Shown here one piece after another: positions 37,010 through 51,169 of a stretch of 64,000 nucleotides of DNA. Position 1 is the stretch's first letter, and the number at the start of each line of letters is the position of its first letter. Both the position numbers and the translations under genes were made by a program. The stretch is from Acanthaster planci (taxonomy: Eukaryota), in NCBI RefSeq assembly GCF_001949145.1, contig NW_019091358.1, positions 3,156,535 to 3,220,534 on the forward strand. Direction: 5' to 3'. Under the pieces are notes generated by a model. It had not been told where the DNA came from. It ran no database searches and saw nothing but the letters and a program-made list of their open reading frames with translations.

Positions 37010-37702
37010 CGGTACTGTACACAGACTTCTGATGTCCAGAGTATTATACCAAAAATCTACTTTTATTTTATTTAGTATACAAATATTTTCATGAGCTGAA
37101 AGACGAAATGTTACATTCAACGATCGAGCCGCAGGCTTGTTGAATGTCATCTTTCAACACGTCATCTTTCAACTCACAAACATTTTCTTACATTGCACCA
37201 ATGAAAAACATTCATTATTTGTATACAACATCAACTAACTTAAGTAGATCTTTGTCGTTTGATTATATTAGAGGATACCATTTGAATAGGGTAGCCTTCT
37301 TTAACTTAGCCTAGGCCCACCTTCTGTCATCTGCTTTTTCCTAAACTTCAAAGTTCAAGAACGCCAAAAGACAAAATAGCAATGGCTGAAAGTTCAAAAT
37401 GGATGAACCGCCGTATGACCAAATGTATGAACTAGTGTACATGTAGGCCTATGTGCCGTCGTCTCTACGTAGGCCTAGACCACAGTCATGACAGTAAAAA
37501 CGCGACCGGAACTGGTCAAGTTCTGCTGCGGATTGCTGTTCTCCCTCATCGAAACTCGTACCAGCGCACCTCAAGTAAGATTCTAGTCGACGTACAGCAT
37601 ATTGAATTTGTTTCTTCGTATTCTTGCGTCCACTCCGTCAAGTCATTCGGCAATTTTCTTGTCATTCATTTTTCAGAGAAGATTGCTTGAACCTGCCGCC
37701 AT
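37010..37702 (-). mobile_element. Crypton-like (tyrosine recombinase) element remnant
   Basis: The minus strand from ATG 37702 reads, with frameshifts, MAAGSS…KIAE*LDGVDAxNTKKQIQYAVRRLESYL…AELDQFRSRFY…LRRDDGT. This resembles the N-terminus of Crypton/DUF3504 proteins. An adjacent hairpin ACATTCAAC…GTTGAATGT lies at about 37113-37148. Confidence 0.55.
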
Positions 37703-38269
37703 TTTAGTGATCACAGGCTAAACACGCGCCCCCTGTTGACCAATACGTAATTACGTATTGGCACGTGGTTCGTTCGTTCATGGCACATACGCGCGCACCA
37801 GAGGGTGCACCACTACAAATAAATTCCCATAGACAGCAGTGATAAATCACAAATATTTAAAAAATACTCACAACTCTCACAGGTGTTCAGGCTGCACAGA
37901 ATAATGATGTTCCACATGTCGTCTTTCATTTTCCTTTTAATTTTCGGGGGGTTGACCAGTGATTTTTTGAGAAATTTTCACCACAAGCAGACCATCCCTA
38001 AATTGCAGAAAGTGTCCCTGTCCAGAAAAGTAGCCATTTTGAAAAACCCTCCCTCGGCAAAATGGCTCAAATAGTGCCACTTTCAAACCCGATTGCATCC
38101 AAATTGCTCAGAATTGGAAGCCCTAAGTCCAGCCCAGAGGTCCAGTTCAGTTCCATGGTTCTCAGGACCTTCTAATATAGAATATTTCGAGTCTATAACT
38201 TTTATTAATGAGCTCGGCGGACATATTTCTGGACTAAATACGAGGGTGCACCCATACGCGCACACCAAA

Positions 38270-38586
38270 GGGTGCGTTCGATTAGCTTCCCTGAAAACAC
38301 CAGTGTTACACTCAAGGGAAGCCTCAAAATGAGGCTTATCGAACGCTGCAATGTGTTTTCCAAGGCATTCTGGGAAAAAGGTCAAGTCCCCGCCTCGTTT
38401 CATCATGTACGTTCATGCTCGAACAGTCCATCCGTGACGTCATTACACTCGGGCAGCCTCCAGAGACCCGCTCGCCAGCTGGGGTAGTAGTAGCTGACAC
38501 CAGGGCAGGCACGAACGTCACGTGATGGCTAAACGAACGCTCTCGTGTAAGTTTGACTTACACGTGTAAGCTAATCGAACGCACCC
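38270..38586. mobile_element. PIF/Harbinger-type MITE
   Basis: Perfect 19-bp TIR GGGTGCGTTCGATTAGCTT / AAGCTAATCGAACGCACCC. Confidence 0.8.
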
Positions 38587-38609
38587 ATAGAAAACGCTGC
38601 AAAATCAGA

Positions 38610-38840
38610 CCGAAATAGCGCCGCCTGTTGACTCTCGTCAAGAGAGGTTGGCCTCCTTTTTTTACTGGAAATTCAAGATAATGGCCAAAAGATCACTTTT
38701 CATTTAAATTTCATGGGGGTTAGCCACGAATTTTTTTTTATTCACCTTTCAAGGAAGATACCCCAAAACAGCAGTAAAACTAAGCGCTCATTTCTGAATG
38801 TAGCCGCCCGCCTCTATCATGTGTATCCAAAATAGGCTCG
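38610..38840. repeat. Dispersed repeat, second copy at about 34298-34530
   Basis: CGAAATAGCGCCG…GAGGTTGGCCT…CTGGAAATTCAAGATAAT…TATCCAAAATAGGC is shared by both copies. Confidence 0.8.
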
Positions 38841-41800
38841 CTGAAAGGACCTGCTACGCAGCAGGTGCTGTATTTAAGAGTCTTTCCCGTAAAAGTTTTT
38901 CTTAGATCTGCATGGTGAGTGTGAAATTTGGTATTCTTCGTTTTGTACCAGTGCCATGTCAGGGGGGTATCAAATAGTATGGATTATTAATCTGTTCATA
39001 TGGAACCTTAATTCATTGCTTAAGAATTACATTATTGCGGAACACTGTGATAGTTACTAGGAATTTCTCGGTTTGTTTTACGTATTATTTAAGTCGTTAT
39101 CATGCAACGAATAGGCTACTGTGCATAACGCCATAATATATGCCACGCCATAATTCCATATTGATTAATACAGGACGAAAGTATTCAATTTCTCAAAGTT
39201 AATTGTAACATGTAAAGTGCGGAGGAAGAAGAGGACGCAGTTGACGGTCTGTCGAAGAAAAAGCTTCACCTGCGGTGTTAAAGGAACCAGGAAATGAGTT
39301 TTTCTTAGAACAACTTTTTGTGTATCTCTCTACTCCTCTTTCATGTATGAAGACTGTTTGACATCTTTTTTGAGTTACGTGAATTGAACGGTGCACTTTT
39401 TCCAACATAAATAATTGGTCAAGTATTTCTGGCCAAGTGAGGGCGATTTTGCTTTGATGTAAATCCAGGAAGACATGGTTCAGGTTGCATGTTTTCACGT
39501 TCAAATTGTGAACCCTTAATTTGCTGTCTGGGAACATATCTGTCAAAAGGAATTTTGCTGGATTATTGCCATATAATTAAACAGCAATATATTGCCAAAG
39601 AAAATAAGATCTGCCAAAGCAGTGGTTAAATAAATCTAGAAATTTTCTGTGCACAAATCAGAGCAACATTGAGATTCGGTACCTTGGATGACATCATAGT
39701 TCTGCTCATAAATATGCAAATATACTTTAGCATAAAAACCAAAAAGCATCAAAATATGGATTAAAATTGCAAAACAAAAATTTAAAATCAATTTAATTGA
39801 AACCCCAAGATGTAATTCCAAGGGTTTTAGTCAAATTTATAAAAATATTCCTATTTCCCGGTTCCTTTAATCTTAAAACCCCCACCAGCGTGAACGGAAA
39901 TTTGTTCAGTTATAACTGAGTTATAATATTCTTCCAAGTCGCAAATGCAGGATTTCGATGTTGTTTTCAAAGGGTCTTCTTTGAATTGCTGTGAATTTGT
40001 AAACATACGTTTCTGTACTGGTTTTAGTGAACATTATAACCCGACAGGTTATATGAATAGNNNNNNNNNNNNNNNNNNNNNNNNNNNNNNNNNNNNNNNN
40101 NNNNNNNNNNNNNNNNNNNNNNNNNNNNNNNNNNNNNNNNNNNNNNNNNNNNNNNNNNNNNNNNNNNNNNNNNNNNNNNNNNNNNNNNNNNNNNNNNNNN
40201 NNNNNNNNNNNNNNNNNNNNNNNNNNNNNNNNNNNNNNNNNNNNNNNNNNNNNNNNNNNNNNNNNNNNNNNNNNNNNNNNNNNNNNNNNNNNNNNNNNNN
40301 NNNNNNNNNNNNNNNNNNNNNNNNNNNNNNNNNNNNNNNNNNNNNNNNNNNNNNNNNNNNNNNNNNNNNNNNNNNNNNNNNNNNNNNNNNNNNNNNNNNN
40401 NNNNNNNNNNNNNNNNNNNNNNNNNNNNNNNNNNNNNNNNNNNNNNNNNNNNNNNNNNNNNNNNNNNNNNNNNNNNNNNNNNNNNNNNNNNNNNNNNNNN
40501 NNNNNNNNNNNNNNNNNNNNNNNNNNNNNNNNNNNNNNNNNNNNNNNNNNNNNNNNNNNNNNNNNNNNNNNNNNNNNNNNNNNNNNNNNNNNNNNNNNNN
40601 NNNNNNNNNNNNNNNNNNNNNNNNNNNNNNNNNNNNNNNNNNNNNNNAATACAACATGTGCTATTGTAACATGGTGATAACAGTTACAGTCACTATTAGA
40701 AGAGTGCTTTAAAAAGCACCTTGTAATATTCCAAATGTGTGAAATTAAAATAAAATAAGCAACATTTTCGCACTTAATGTTCGCAATAGTTAGTTTCTTC
40801 TCTTTGAAGTGTATTATGCATGAAAAGGGAACCAAAACTAAGATGAAAATTCAGTATCACACATCGATCATCAGGCTCACTGGATGTGTCAAAAGTGTTC
40901 CGGGCAGTATGAGCCTCGAGCTGGACCATAAGAGGGCGCTATTTTCTTAGCAACAGAGGCTCCCTTGATGGGAACTGGACTTCGCTGGTTCACGAACGAC
41001 TAGGAAAGGCACGCGTCACGGTCGCATCGCTACCAACAAATTGAACAATCCCGACGCGGCTCTCTTCAACCGATGGAGGGGAGCTTCCACTCGATACAAT
41101 ATCCTGTGAATAAGACTTCGAGAGTCCGACTCACATCAGAAAAATTTTCCTGCTTTGTCAAATCTGTCACTTGAGTCATGTTACTTTCCTTCTTATAGAG
41201 AATATAATTTACCGCATATTTAGGCCCTCCGTTTTGAAGAAGGGGGGTCAAGAGAAACAAAATTGGAATCCCGCGGTGAACGTTGTATATTTCGATGGCG
41301 TTGATATCACAATAATTATGTTCGGATTTAAATTACAGTTGGGTTTTTAAGGCTAGCAACGGACACGAAATGATGAGTGGCATATTTAATAAAAGAGCAA
41401 AGGCTTGTAGTAGCACGTCGCACGTCATGCCGCCATTGTTGTTGATCAGCTGGCTGCAACCCATGGTCCATTGTTTGTGTTCGACATCAACATTAAGCAG
41501 TCGTAACGGATCTATCACCGGGTATGAGATACCCGGCACGATACGTGGGAAAGGGGGAGCCCCCTTCCCCTCAATGTGATTCACAAGCTGTATACCCTAT
41601 GGCTATTGCGCCAACTGCACCCCCCTCAGAAACCTGAAAGGAATTCCAAAGATTCCATCAACACAAAATAAGACACAACAGAGGGGTTCCCCTTTGCATC
41701 ATATGGGGTATGAGCTACCCACAAATTACTCTGGTTCCTTGAACAAATTTCCCTTCTGACCGGGAATCAGTCTACTCGCGAACATTCAGGCGGTGTATGA

Positions 41801-43329
41801 AAACGTTTTGCCTCAACCATACATAAAATATACACGTGCATGTAGGCCTACACGCTAACACAGTGATTCTATCAAATTTTGTACTTATATATGAGTTAGT
41901 CAACGGAAAAAAGCTTTATCACCTTTCATAAGCATCTTGTCGGGAGTTACCATTGTTTGATATCCCTCATAGATTCGACAACAAGAACTAGAAGCAATTA
42001 CTGCGGTGGCACAACGCTCGTGGACAGGTGGTACGCGCGCGTTACATGCCTTTTTGACCAATAAGGCGTGGTGATTTGCCAAATGCATGCGCGGTACGTG
42101 TAACGCTGAAGAACGTGCTGAAGAAATTAAAGGGGCCTTTCTTTGTGTGCGTCAAAATTTGTATCTGTCAGAATCGATCCCCGGGCGATTTTGACAGCCG
42201 AACGCAACACACTCGTGTTTAATGTTAATGGAGTCGAGTTTGTGTCCTTGAGAGTGAAATACATGGATGCATCGTGTACGCAACGCACAAGTACAAGTGT
42301 CACTTCGGCACTCGATTCGTTTTCCTTGGTAGACAAATTTTTGCGTTTATTTGCGAGAATTTAGATGTATGGCATTCAATTATTTGTGAGTAGGAAGATA
42401 AATGTTGATGTTTTCCCGTTTACATATTTAATCAGATATTTTCGCATAACCAAGACTACAAGCTTCAGTGTTTCAAGAAAAAAGAAAAACCAGTACTCTA
42501 AAGTAACCCAACTATATATCATTTAGATATGAAGTGTATCACATATGTTTTGTTTTCTTCACGGCCAACGTTTGTCAATAGATATTTGGAATAAAATAAA
42601 CAAATCAAAAGACAGTAACAATGATTTCGATCGAGTTGACATACCACTCCAAAAAGTACTTGACTTCTGTGTTTGATATCGTTTGTTTCAATGTTAATAG
42701 GTGAACAAGTCAGTATTTTTCATGAATTTGTATGGTGGCTAATCAAATGATTCTGGTGTTTCAAAGTTTCAAGTAGGCCTGACGGTGAACGCATATATCA
42801 TTAATTTTTAGATAGTAACAGGCATATCGTTAAGAAATTATTGTAAAAGTTTTAAATGATCTTTCACTTCTCTCTGGCAAGTGGGACACATTTTTAGAGA
42901 AACGCAAACACTATTATCTTTTCAGCAAATATTTGTGTTTCTTCAAAGCGTGTTCAGCGGTGCACAAAGGGGTATTTTCAATTTTTAAAAGGAAAACAGA
43001 ACAACTGGAAAACTGAACGGTGTCTTACCCAAATGAGTTCCATAATTTACACAGCTTATAGCTAGCGAAGTTCAACTTTAGCAAAAAGCCAGAAAACTTG
43101 GAGCATTCAAGCCCTGAGAGCTTAGGTAGAAAATTGGGTTTTTCGAGATGTGAAACGTTAAGATAATGTCTCCAGGTAAAGTTTGAGATAATAAAATCTA
43201 TTTGATTTTGTGTCGATTGTTTGCTCACTACGTTTGTGACTAATCATCTCAATGCTGAGTATTTCGGGAGAAGATCATTTTAACGTCTCAATGAACGCGC
43301 CAAACTCTGTTTTCCGCATGTCCGACTTT

Positions 43330-44185
43330 CAAGTGTTAGGCCCACAAGTTCGATGTAGCTGCAATATTCTCATAGTTTCAGGAAACGTACTTGCCTTGGT
43401 CAACGACCTAGGCAATGGTGACTTTGTTGAGTTGGCACGTCCTCCTGGATAAGTTGAATGACTGGCGTTTTGAAGCAGGCAATTCAACACTAAGCACGGG
43501 GCTTTTGATCTGGGTGTCGGAAAAGGTGTGTTCCGGTACGGTAGACAGTAGAATAGCTTCGTGTGTTGCTAGTATAAGACTAGGGCTGCAGAGCACTGAA
43601 GGGTCCTGTTGAACCTTGCTGCTAGCCACTTATCTCAATCCGCTAAGTCCCAATTTTGAAATCGATACACATCGATTATTAGGCTCAAACCTGAAATTCG
43701 TTATACCCTTCGGGGTCGGTGTGATTCTGAAATCACGCCAGTGTGTCTGTTCTGGCTAAGTTCCTCTACACAGCTCATACAGGAAAGCATTCTCAGCCTT
43801 GAGTTGGAAACAGTCAAGTTGCTGTCAATCGGCCTTGCCAACTCCGTTCATCCAGCCAGTGGCGTATAGCCACGAGGGGGGGGGGCACGTGCCGCCCAAA
43901 CAATTCCCGGTGTCCCCCAGGTGCCCTTCCCCCTAAAAAACGGATGCCTGGATATTGAACAAGGCTAACATTAGCTTGCCCCCCCCAAAAAAAACGTACC
44001 ACTGAAAGCTGGTAGCCCCCTTAAGATGCTGGTGTCCCCTTTGTCCATCTCACTAGTAAAATTCTAGCTACGGCATCCAGCAGGACTGACCTTAAAAAGT
44101 ATCCTGCCTGATAGGCATATGAGGTGCCTAGGGAAGTTTAAGGACGAAAAAGGACGTTTTGTCGGCAAAACACAGTTGAGAACTG
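43330..44185 (-). pseudogene. C-type lectin + PAN/Apple family pseudogene A
   Basis: Remnants GQSCWM, SNLTVSNS.AENAFLYEL and SFNLSRRTCQLNKVTIA*VVDQGKY are homologous to the intact genes. It has stops, deletions and a MITE insertion. Confidence 0.85.
43857..44073. mobile_element. hAT-type MITE inserted in lectin pseudogene A
   Basis: Starts CAGTGGCGTA. 8-bp TSD CATCCAGC at 43849-43856 and 44074-44081. The paralogous site at about 54890 is empty. Confidence 0.85.
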
Positions 44186-47100
44186 TTGTTTTATTACTCT
44201 TGCTGCCAGGTCAGCTTCCTTTGGAAACGGAAAGCCACCTGAAGAGTACATGACCTCTGATCATCCTGGCGTCTGCATCTCCAAGCATAGGCAAAAGAAG
44301 AGGAACAGGTCACTCCTGACCAACTAGGCTGAGATAGGTTATGCTTCAGTGAGCCAGAAAGGTAAGGTCATCCTGGTACAAAGTGCACGCATGAGTTTTT
44401 GCAGAGCAGCAACTGGTAAGACAGATTGTCACACACGTGCTCCTGTTCCCCGAATAACCTCGGACGCACTTCACTTCAGTTTGGGCATGGTCTGTTTGAA
44501 TACCGAACTGGCTCATCGGAATAGGGTAACTCCATGCAGAAGTGGAAATCAGTCATACTGTTACTGGCCTTATTTTTATTTGTAAACAAAGATGCGTTTT
44601 TCAAAAATGAATAGGAAAATAACAGGGAATGATACTGCTTGTTATTTCCACTTTCATGTTTTGAACATTTTTTTAATAACAAACGTTAATGAAGTTGGTA
44701 ATCGTGCAACCAATTTCCACTTTACCTCGGCATTAGCCATTTTTTTTATTCTGAGAGTTAGGCAGAAATGTTGTGAAAGAAAGGAACCATTAAAACTGGA
44801 CCACAGAACTTTGAAATACTGTGAAGCACATGTAATTAAACTGAGCCCTTTCTTGAGTTACCGACTGAGATATGACAAAGATTTATTGAGATGTTGTGAA
44901 AATGGAATCGATGCATTTTTCATATTTGTGCAATCCTGGTGAGAATTATTTCATTCACTTGCAAATGGAATGTTACATTGAACATTTCATGTGTCACTGC
45001 ATATTTTTTGTTCTTATACTCATGAAATTTTAGTATCGGTGTAATGTCAATGGAAAGCAGAAACGTTAATTTCCAGCATTGGGCTGTATATGGCTTGGTG
45101 GTTTCTTTATCTTTGAGTGACCTCAAGTACGTCCCATTTCCCTTTACAGTTGACTTCAGAAGATAGGACCTACTTTCTTGCCTTCCATGCTCCCCTTTAG
45201 TTCATGGAAGCTTATTGGTACACCATAACCACTTCATATGTGCTTACACATACCTATGGTGTACATCTCTAACCCTAAACTTGCATAAGAATACAGTGGC
45301 ACACTGAAGATTTCATCTAGGTAGGACGCTCAAAAATTTCCAAAAAAGTTCCCTTCGCCAACGGAAAAAAAGAATTTGGGAGAGTGGCTGAAATGTGTTA
45401 TGTCCTGGGACACTACCACAGTAAAACAGCTTTTTGACCAAACGGTGTAAAATTGTTGGATATTTAAAGTGACAGATGTAAATAATGGTACTAAAGTTAG
45501 AAATATTCAACATACACGAGAAAACATAAAATGCAGTGTACTACAAGTGGAAACAAGAAATATGTGTGATACTTGCTTAACATTTATTAAACACTTAATC
45601 CTACTTAGTTACTTTGCTTACTGTACAACATTTTATGCCGCGTTACTTTGCCAGTCTTTCAATTCAGGGCTTTTAAATGAGGCCTGTAATACCATAATTA
45701 TGACGTTTGTTTCTCTTTCATCTTAAGTGACATCAGAAATATAAGTGTCTTTTCTTCAGGTTGTAATTGGCAAGAGTCAATTTCAAATCACTGTAAATCT
45801 TTTCCCCCCTCATTGCTGTCATACCAAACATTTTTGTGTGCTTTTAAAACGATGTGACGTTATAGTATTTTTCCATGTGGCCAAATAAATAAATAAATAA
45901 ATAATTGTGAATGGCTCAAATCTTTATAAATCTCCATAGAGTACCAAAGTGTGATGTCATTTTCAACCAGAACGTGAATTGCAGACGAATGGAGTACGCG
46001 ATCGTTGGTTCACGTGCTGGTTCTTGCGCTAATGCCTTTTACACACATAACCGTGCACGTGATGTATTCACTTCGGAACGCTGTAAATATTCATACTTGG
46101 TGCAGAACAAATGAATTAGAGTAAAATTAAATCAATATGAGAGACTTGCCTTTAAGAAAAATAACATTTAAGTCATAAATAACTCCGTTGCAATTGTAAT
46201 AATTACTGAAAGGCTGAGCTTAAACTATTTTAAACTTTGACATTTTTTATTTCTAAAATCCATGTGCAATCATGGAGAAAGCCAGCCCATACTCAGAGCA
46301 AATGTAAATTTAAATGCATGTATGCAACATCGAGTATTGGCATTGTGAATTTGTGAAAGTGGAGTGTGTTTCAAGTGAAATATCTGTGTCGCATTCACAT
46401 TTGCTTTTTTATGAAGTACGTATAATCTGGCTTTTGGATGCATCGAGGGCACTGTTTGTGGAAGGCCCATGAGTACCGGGGTCAAAGTTCCTAGAGACAA
46501 TTTAGCAGAAATCACTGCTAAACAAATGAACTACCGCGAACCAGTCACAAGCAGTATACACTGCATGAAGTTTAGCTGGTAGCCCGTTTCTGCGTAATAA
46601 AACCCCATTTCCCGTGAATTTTTCCCAAGGCCACCTGTTTACTTGGGTAAGGTATCAGAGACTTTCAATTACCATGCCATCTCATTGCAAGGACGATTAC
46701 ATTACAGGTTCATTTCAGAGCTGTTAGGTTCTTATATGCCAAGCTTATAGAGTAGCCCGTGGCGTGAGATTGGATATAATTTAGCCAAAATCAAGGCAGT
46801 TAAAATTGAATTGAAGTATATCGAACTGGTAGTCAAAAACACCAAGAACAGTTAAGTATGTTATTGTTGTAAAGGTCAGATCCACCTGAAATGAAGATAA
46901 TTAAAAAAAAATGGAGATAAATTGGCATTTTACTTTTGCACTTTGTCTTCAGCTTATACACAAGTCACAATCTCACAAAAGGTCACCAATTGTACTGCCA
47001 TTGATTGTATACAAAGACATTAATCATACAATTCAATTATACCGTCCGTTTTTTAACGACCGTCAGTAAAAGAATCCTCCTTACCCGTCACCACAGCCAA

Positions 47101-50100
47101 CACGAAGGCAGTGGTATTTCTCAATGTTTGTGATTTAAATTCCTAAAAATAAGACAGAATGGCAACTTGTCCCTTTTCTTTCCCTTCCCCTCCCTGCTTG
47201 ACACTCCTCTACCCACCCACTCCTCATCCGTCTGCCCCTACAGGAACCTGTATATCAAAGTTTCGTATTTACATTGTCACATTTAACAGAGGAACGGCTA
47301 GTAAGACAATACATGTTTACATGTTATATAATAGTCTACATTTGTACATCTACTTAAATGTTTACATCGAAACACACATTTCTTTGATGACTCATATACA
47401 TGTGTAGGTGTCCACGAAGTATACATTTTTACGAAAATTTTTTTTACAATATTTATTGTCTATATTTACGAATAGTAATATGTGACCCGTCACGACAAAA
47501 TGAAAGTAAAGAGCATCCCGCTCCTTCCTATTTTGAGGGTTCAAAGTCAGATTGAAATGGAGGTCAGTTTAGGAGTTTGTAATATTTGGAAAGAGTAACC
47601 CGTCTCCTAATTAATGCCAAATATTTCGCAGGATCCTATATTTAAAATGCCATTTTCTCAGCAATATTGACGAAAGCATTATTCGTGTTGGTCTGAAATT
47701 GTGAAACAGTGTCTGGAACAAAAACGCTGCTCATTTTGAGGTGTGACAAGTGACACACATTGTTTTAGAATTCTAGCATCTTTTCTTCAAATGTAACAAC
47801 AGAGGGACCTTCACTATGAACCATTGTCATGGTATTTTTTCCATTTTCATTAATATTAAAATAACTTCAGAAACAGTTTTGATTCGACTAACACATTACC
47901 ATGGTCCAACTAGTCCTGCTATTTCTTTGCTTAAATTGAATTAATAATATTTAAAGAACATTAGGACATTAAATGATAGCATTGTAATTTCACTTATCGC
48001 ATGTCGAATTGGGTGCCTGATAAAAATAGTTGTCAAACAAGCTAAAGAATATGTAGAAAATCATATCACTTCCTGTTTTCACAACTTTCTCCGGGTGATT
48101 TATGTGTTTTGTTTGTAACATTTAGTTTAATGAATCATTTCGGTCGAAGAAATGTAATTGTATGCTATCACAACGCAGTGTTTTATTTATACGATCTGAC
48201 AAATTGGTTTCATGTATCGCGTGAGAAATGTAGGGCCTACTATAATGTGAGTTGTTGCTGTCACAGGAAAACTTCCACATTGAAGAAGTTGAAATGAAAA
48301 AGAAGTAGGAACAACGAAGTGGAATTTCTTGGTGTTTGAAATGGTTGTCTGTTTGCATGCATGTATGTAATTTCTTAGGGGGCTGGAGTGGATCGGTGCA
48401 ACGTGCGATGTAGTTTGTGGACTGTTTTCTTGAGTTGTCTAATGGAATAGCATCGAGAAAAGCCTACATCAGTTTGTTATTTGTGGAATTCTTCGTGTAA
48501 TTAAGAGAGACTTTGAATATGTCCATTTGTTATCAACAGTACACCCTAAAAGCCATAGTACATCATACAGTCAAGTTTCAATGTATCTCTTTTGTATTAA
48601 AGTTCGAAGATTAAATCTTAATAATTTTTTAATGCAATACGTTCCGCTCCTAAAATTCACACATAAAAATGCACCCCTACTCCCTTACGTTTGGCCACAG
48701 GAACATGCTTTTAGACCACCTTTAATCTATAAACCCACGTCTGAGATCCCTAGCTATTAAATTTCCCTTGCCAATTTACACTCCTCAAAAAGGAGGGAGT
48801 GTTCTATTACTACACTCAGTATATTTTTTCTCGTTAAACCACCTTTATCTCTTTCTTTAGAGTCGTGGTGTAAAAACTGGAGACAAGGTCGCTGGCATTC
48901 CGATAGGTTTTTCTTCGTGCTTGGGGGCCAAAATAAGATCGGTCAAAAAAATGAGAACCACAGAAATAAAGAGGGACACACTAATTACTACACGCTGTTG
49001 CCATGCAACTGTCCAATTTCCATTAGTGAGCTCCGTTGCTGAGCAAGACATACGGCACCTGTACACCACCTGATTGCTTGTCATAAAGGGGCCGACTGCG
49101 GAAAACGAGAACCACACAAATAAAAGGGGCGCCCTAATCATTGCACGCTGTTGCTATGCAACTTTCCCTTTCTAACCGTGAGCTCCGTGACTGTCACCTG
49201 GTTAATCATGGGATATTGATTACTTGCCATAAAGTGTTCTCTTGGTATTTGTAAGTCCGCAAGGAACTGATGTCAAATTGTGGACAATCAAGCTCTTTTG
49301 ACAAACTTTTGCATGCTGAGAAGGCATATGCTTGGCGAGTTCACAGCTGTGAGGTTTTTCATGCGTTGCATTTATATCTACTTAGACATCGTGAATAAAC
49401 TATTTTTTATTTTGATACACTGTTCCATTATCCATGCAGTGTTTATAATTTTATTTATATCCCTCCAAAACATCAGTTTCAAAGACTTGGTATGAATTTG
49501 GTTAAGACTGGCCAACAACACGTTGACTACCACTGTAATAAGTTCGTTAAGAACAAAATGCGCTATTTCATCAAAGGAGTGATCCTGAGATCTCACGAAA
49601 CACTTCTGTATAAATGCATAAAAGCTGTAATAAAAATGATTTCAATAAAACAAAAAACCTTATCAACAACTTCGCTATTTTTTTTTTAAATAACTCAAGA
49701 AGAAAGAGTTAGAGAAGGGCAGTAGCAGCTCATGAACATTTAGGCACACGGTCCAACACTAGCAACAGAGCAAGTATAAAATTTGATGTTGTGAGATCAT
49801 ACCAAGCACCGACAAAGATGAGAATATTCGATTTCCTATACATCAATACCAATAGTTCTAAGGATGAAAACAATTGCAGCAACGATCCATAGGCCTGGTA
49901 CAAAGGAGTCTGGCTATGGACATGCTGGGCATGCCAGAAAGCGGTAATTGGCCAGATATTATAGTCCAGGCAGTTCAAATTCCTTGTGTCCTTCTTCCTT
50001 GATTGAAATGCAGCATCTCCTTTTGTTCAAAGCAATCTAAAACCCAATCTCAGTGCATCCCACCCTAAGGATACATACGATAGCACGCTAAATAGGACTT

Positions 50101-50128
50101 ATAGGACCTATAGTGAAATGTACATATG

Positions 50129-50308
50129 CAGCAAGGTATGAGACGGAGAGAACCCCCCCCCCTGCTTTGTGTTGGTCATTGTCTCGCAGGAATCTGGGGA
50201 TTCCTTTCAGACATCTTGGGGGGATGTGTTAAGTAACAATAGTCTAGAGTGTGTATAGGAATTGGACATGTTGGGGGGGGGTACCCCTCGGTCTCATTTC
50301 TTGTTGGG
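50129..50308. mobile_element. Uninterrupted MITE, same family as 14567-20181
   Basis: CAGCAAGGTATGAGACGGAG…CTCGGTCTCATTTCTTGTTG imperfect TIRs. Colinear with the split copy. Confidence 0.85.
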
Positions 50309-51169
50309 TATAGGGGTATAAATTGACTTCACGGCAAGAGCGTATAAATCGCAACGGCGAGAAAGACGGCCAAAGTAACTCAATTTTTTTATCTTCTGTC
50401 TTTTTGGGGGGGGGCGGCATGTGGCTCTTATACACTTCCGTACACATCAACAGCATTCGTTGGACGCTATAAAAGTGTTAGCCACACAGACTTTGGATGA
50501 AGCCGACCCACTTCATAAAATGAGTACGATAATAGTAATCTTAGATTCATGTTACTTAGTAATAAATAGAGTGCAAAGTGTACCCATCAAATTCTCCGGA
50601 GCAACTCACGTTAAATATGATATACGTTAAATACGCATGGCGTGGATTTCGAAACTTTCACTGGAGAAAATCAGAAACACTAGGCTGCAACTGGAAAGAG
50701 TTGAAATGCACACACACAAAAAAAATTGTCAAGAATTTTAATCCTAATCTTTCTAATCCTATCCCTTCCTTCAGTTTAATACAAATTTACACACACCCTT
50801 AGAGTACGTCATTCACGAGCTGTGGGGGGGGAGGTAAAAAAAATCCCTTCCTCTCGCCCATTGTTGCACATACTTTCCAGACGCAACTTATCCATGTAAA
50901 ACAGGAAAGATGAACCAAATTAATGTCAGGACCTATTGCAAGACGTCACCCTCTCCACTTTGTTCTACAAGTAACTGAGTTCGCTATCCTGTCACAGAGC
51001 AAACTTAGAAATCACTTTGCACTGACTCTGTAAATTTTGTGGAGTGTTTGAGGCACCCATTTCCGTTCCTTTGTTATGCAAAATGTAAAGTTAGGTCTAC
51101 TTTGTTGAATAAAATCACGTCAAGTTCTGGCTACCCATAATACCTCACAGGTTCAATTTTAAGACAAAC

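Larger units (their letters stand above)
41792..44185. repeat. Segmental duplication, copy A (copy B at 53343-54992)
   Basis: Long near-identical stretches, e.g. TGAAGTGTATCACATATGTTTTGTTTTCTTCACGGC and GATCGAGTTGACATACCACTCCAAAAAGTACTTGAC. Copy A has extra inserts at about 41950-42510 and 43857-44073. Confidence 0.9.
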
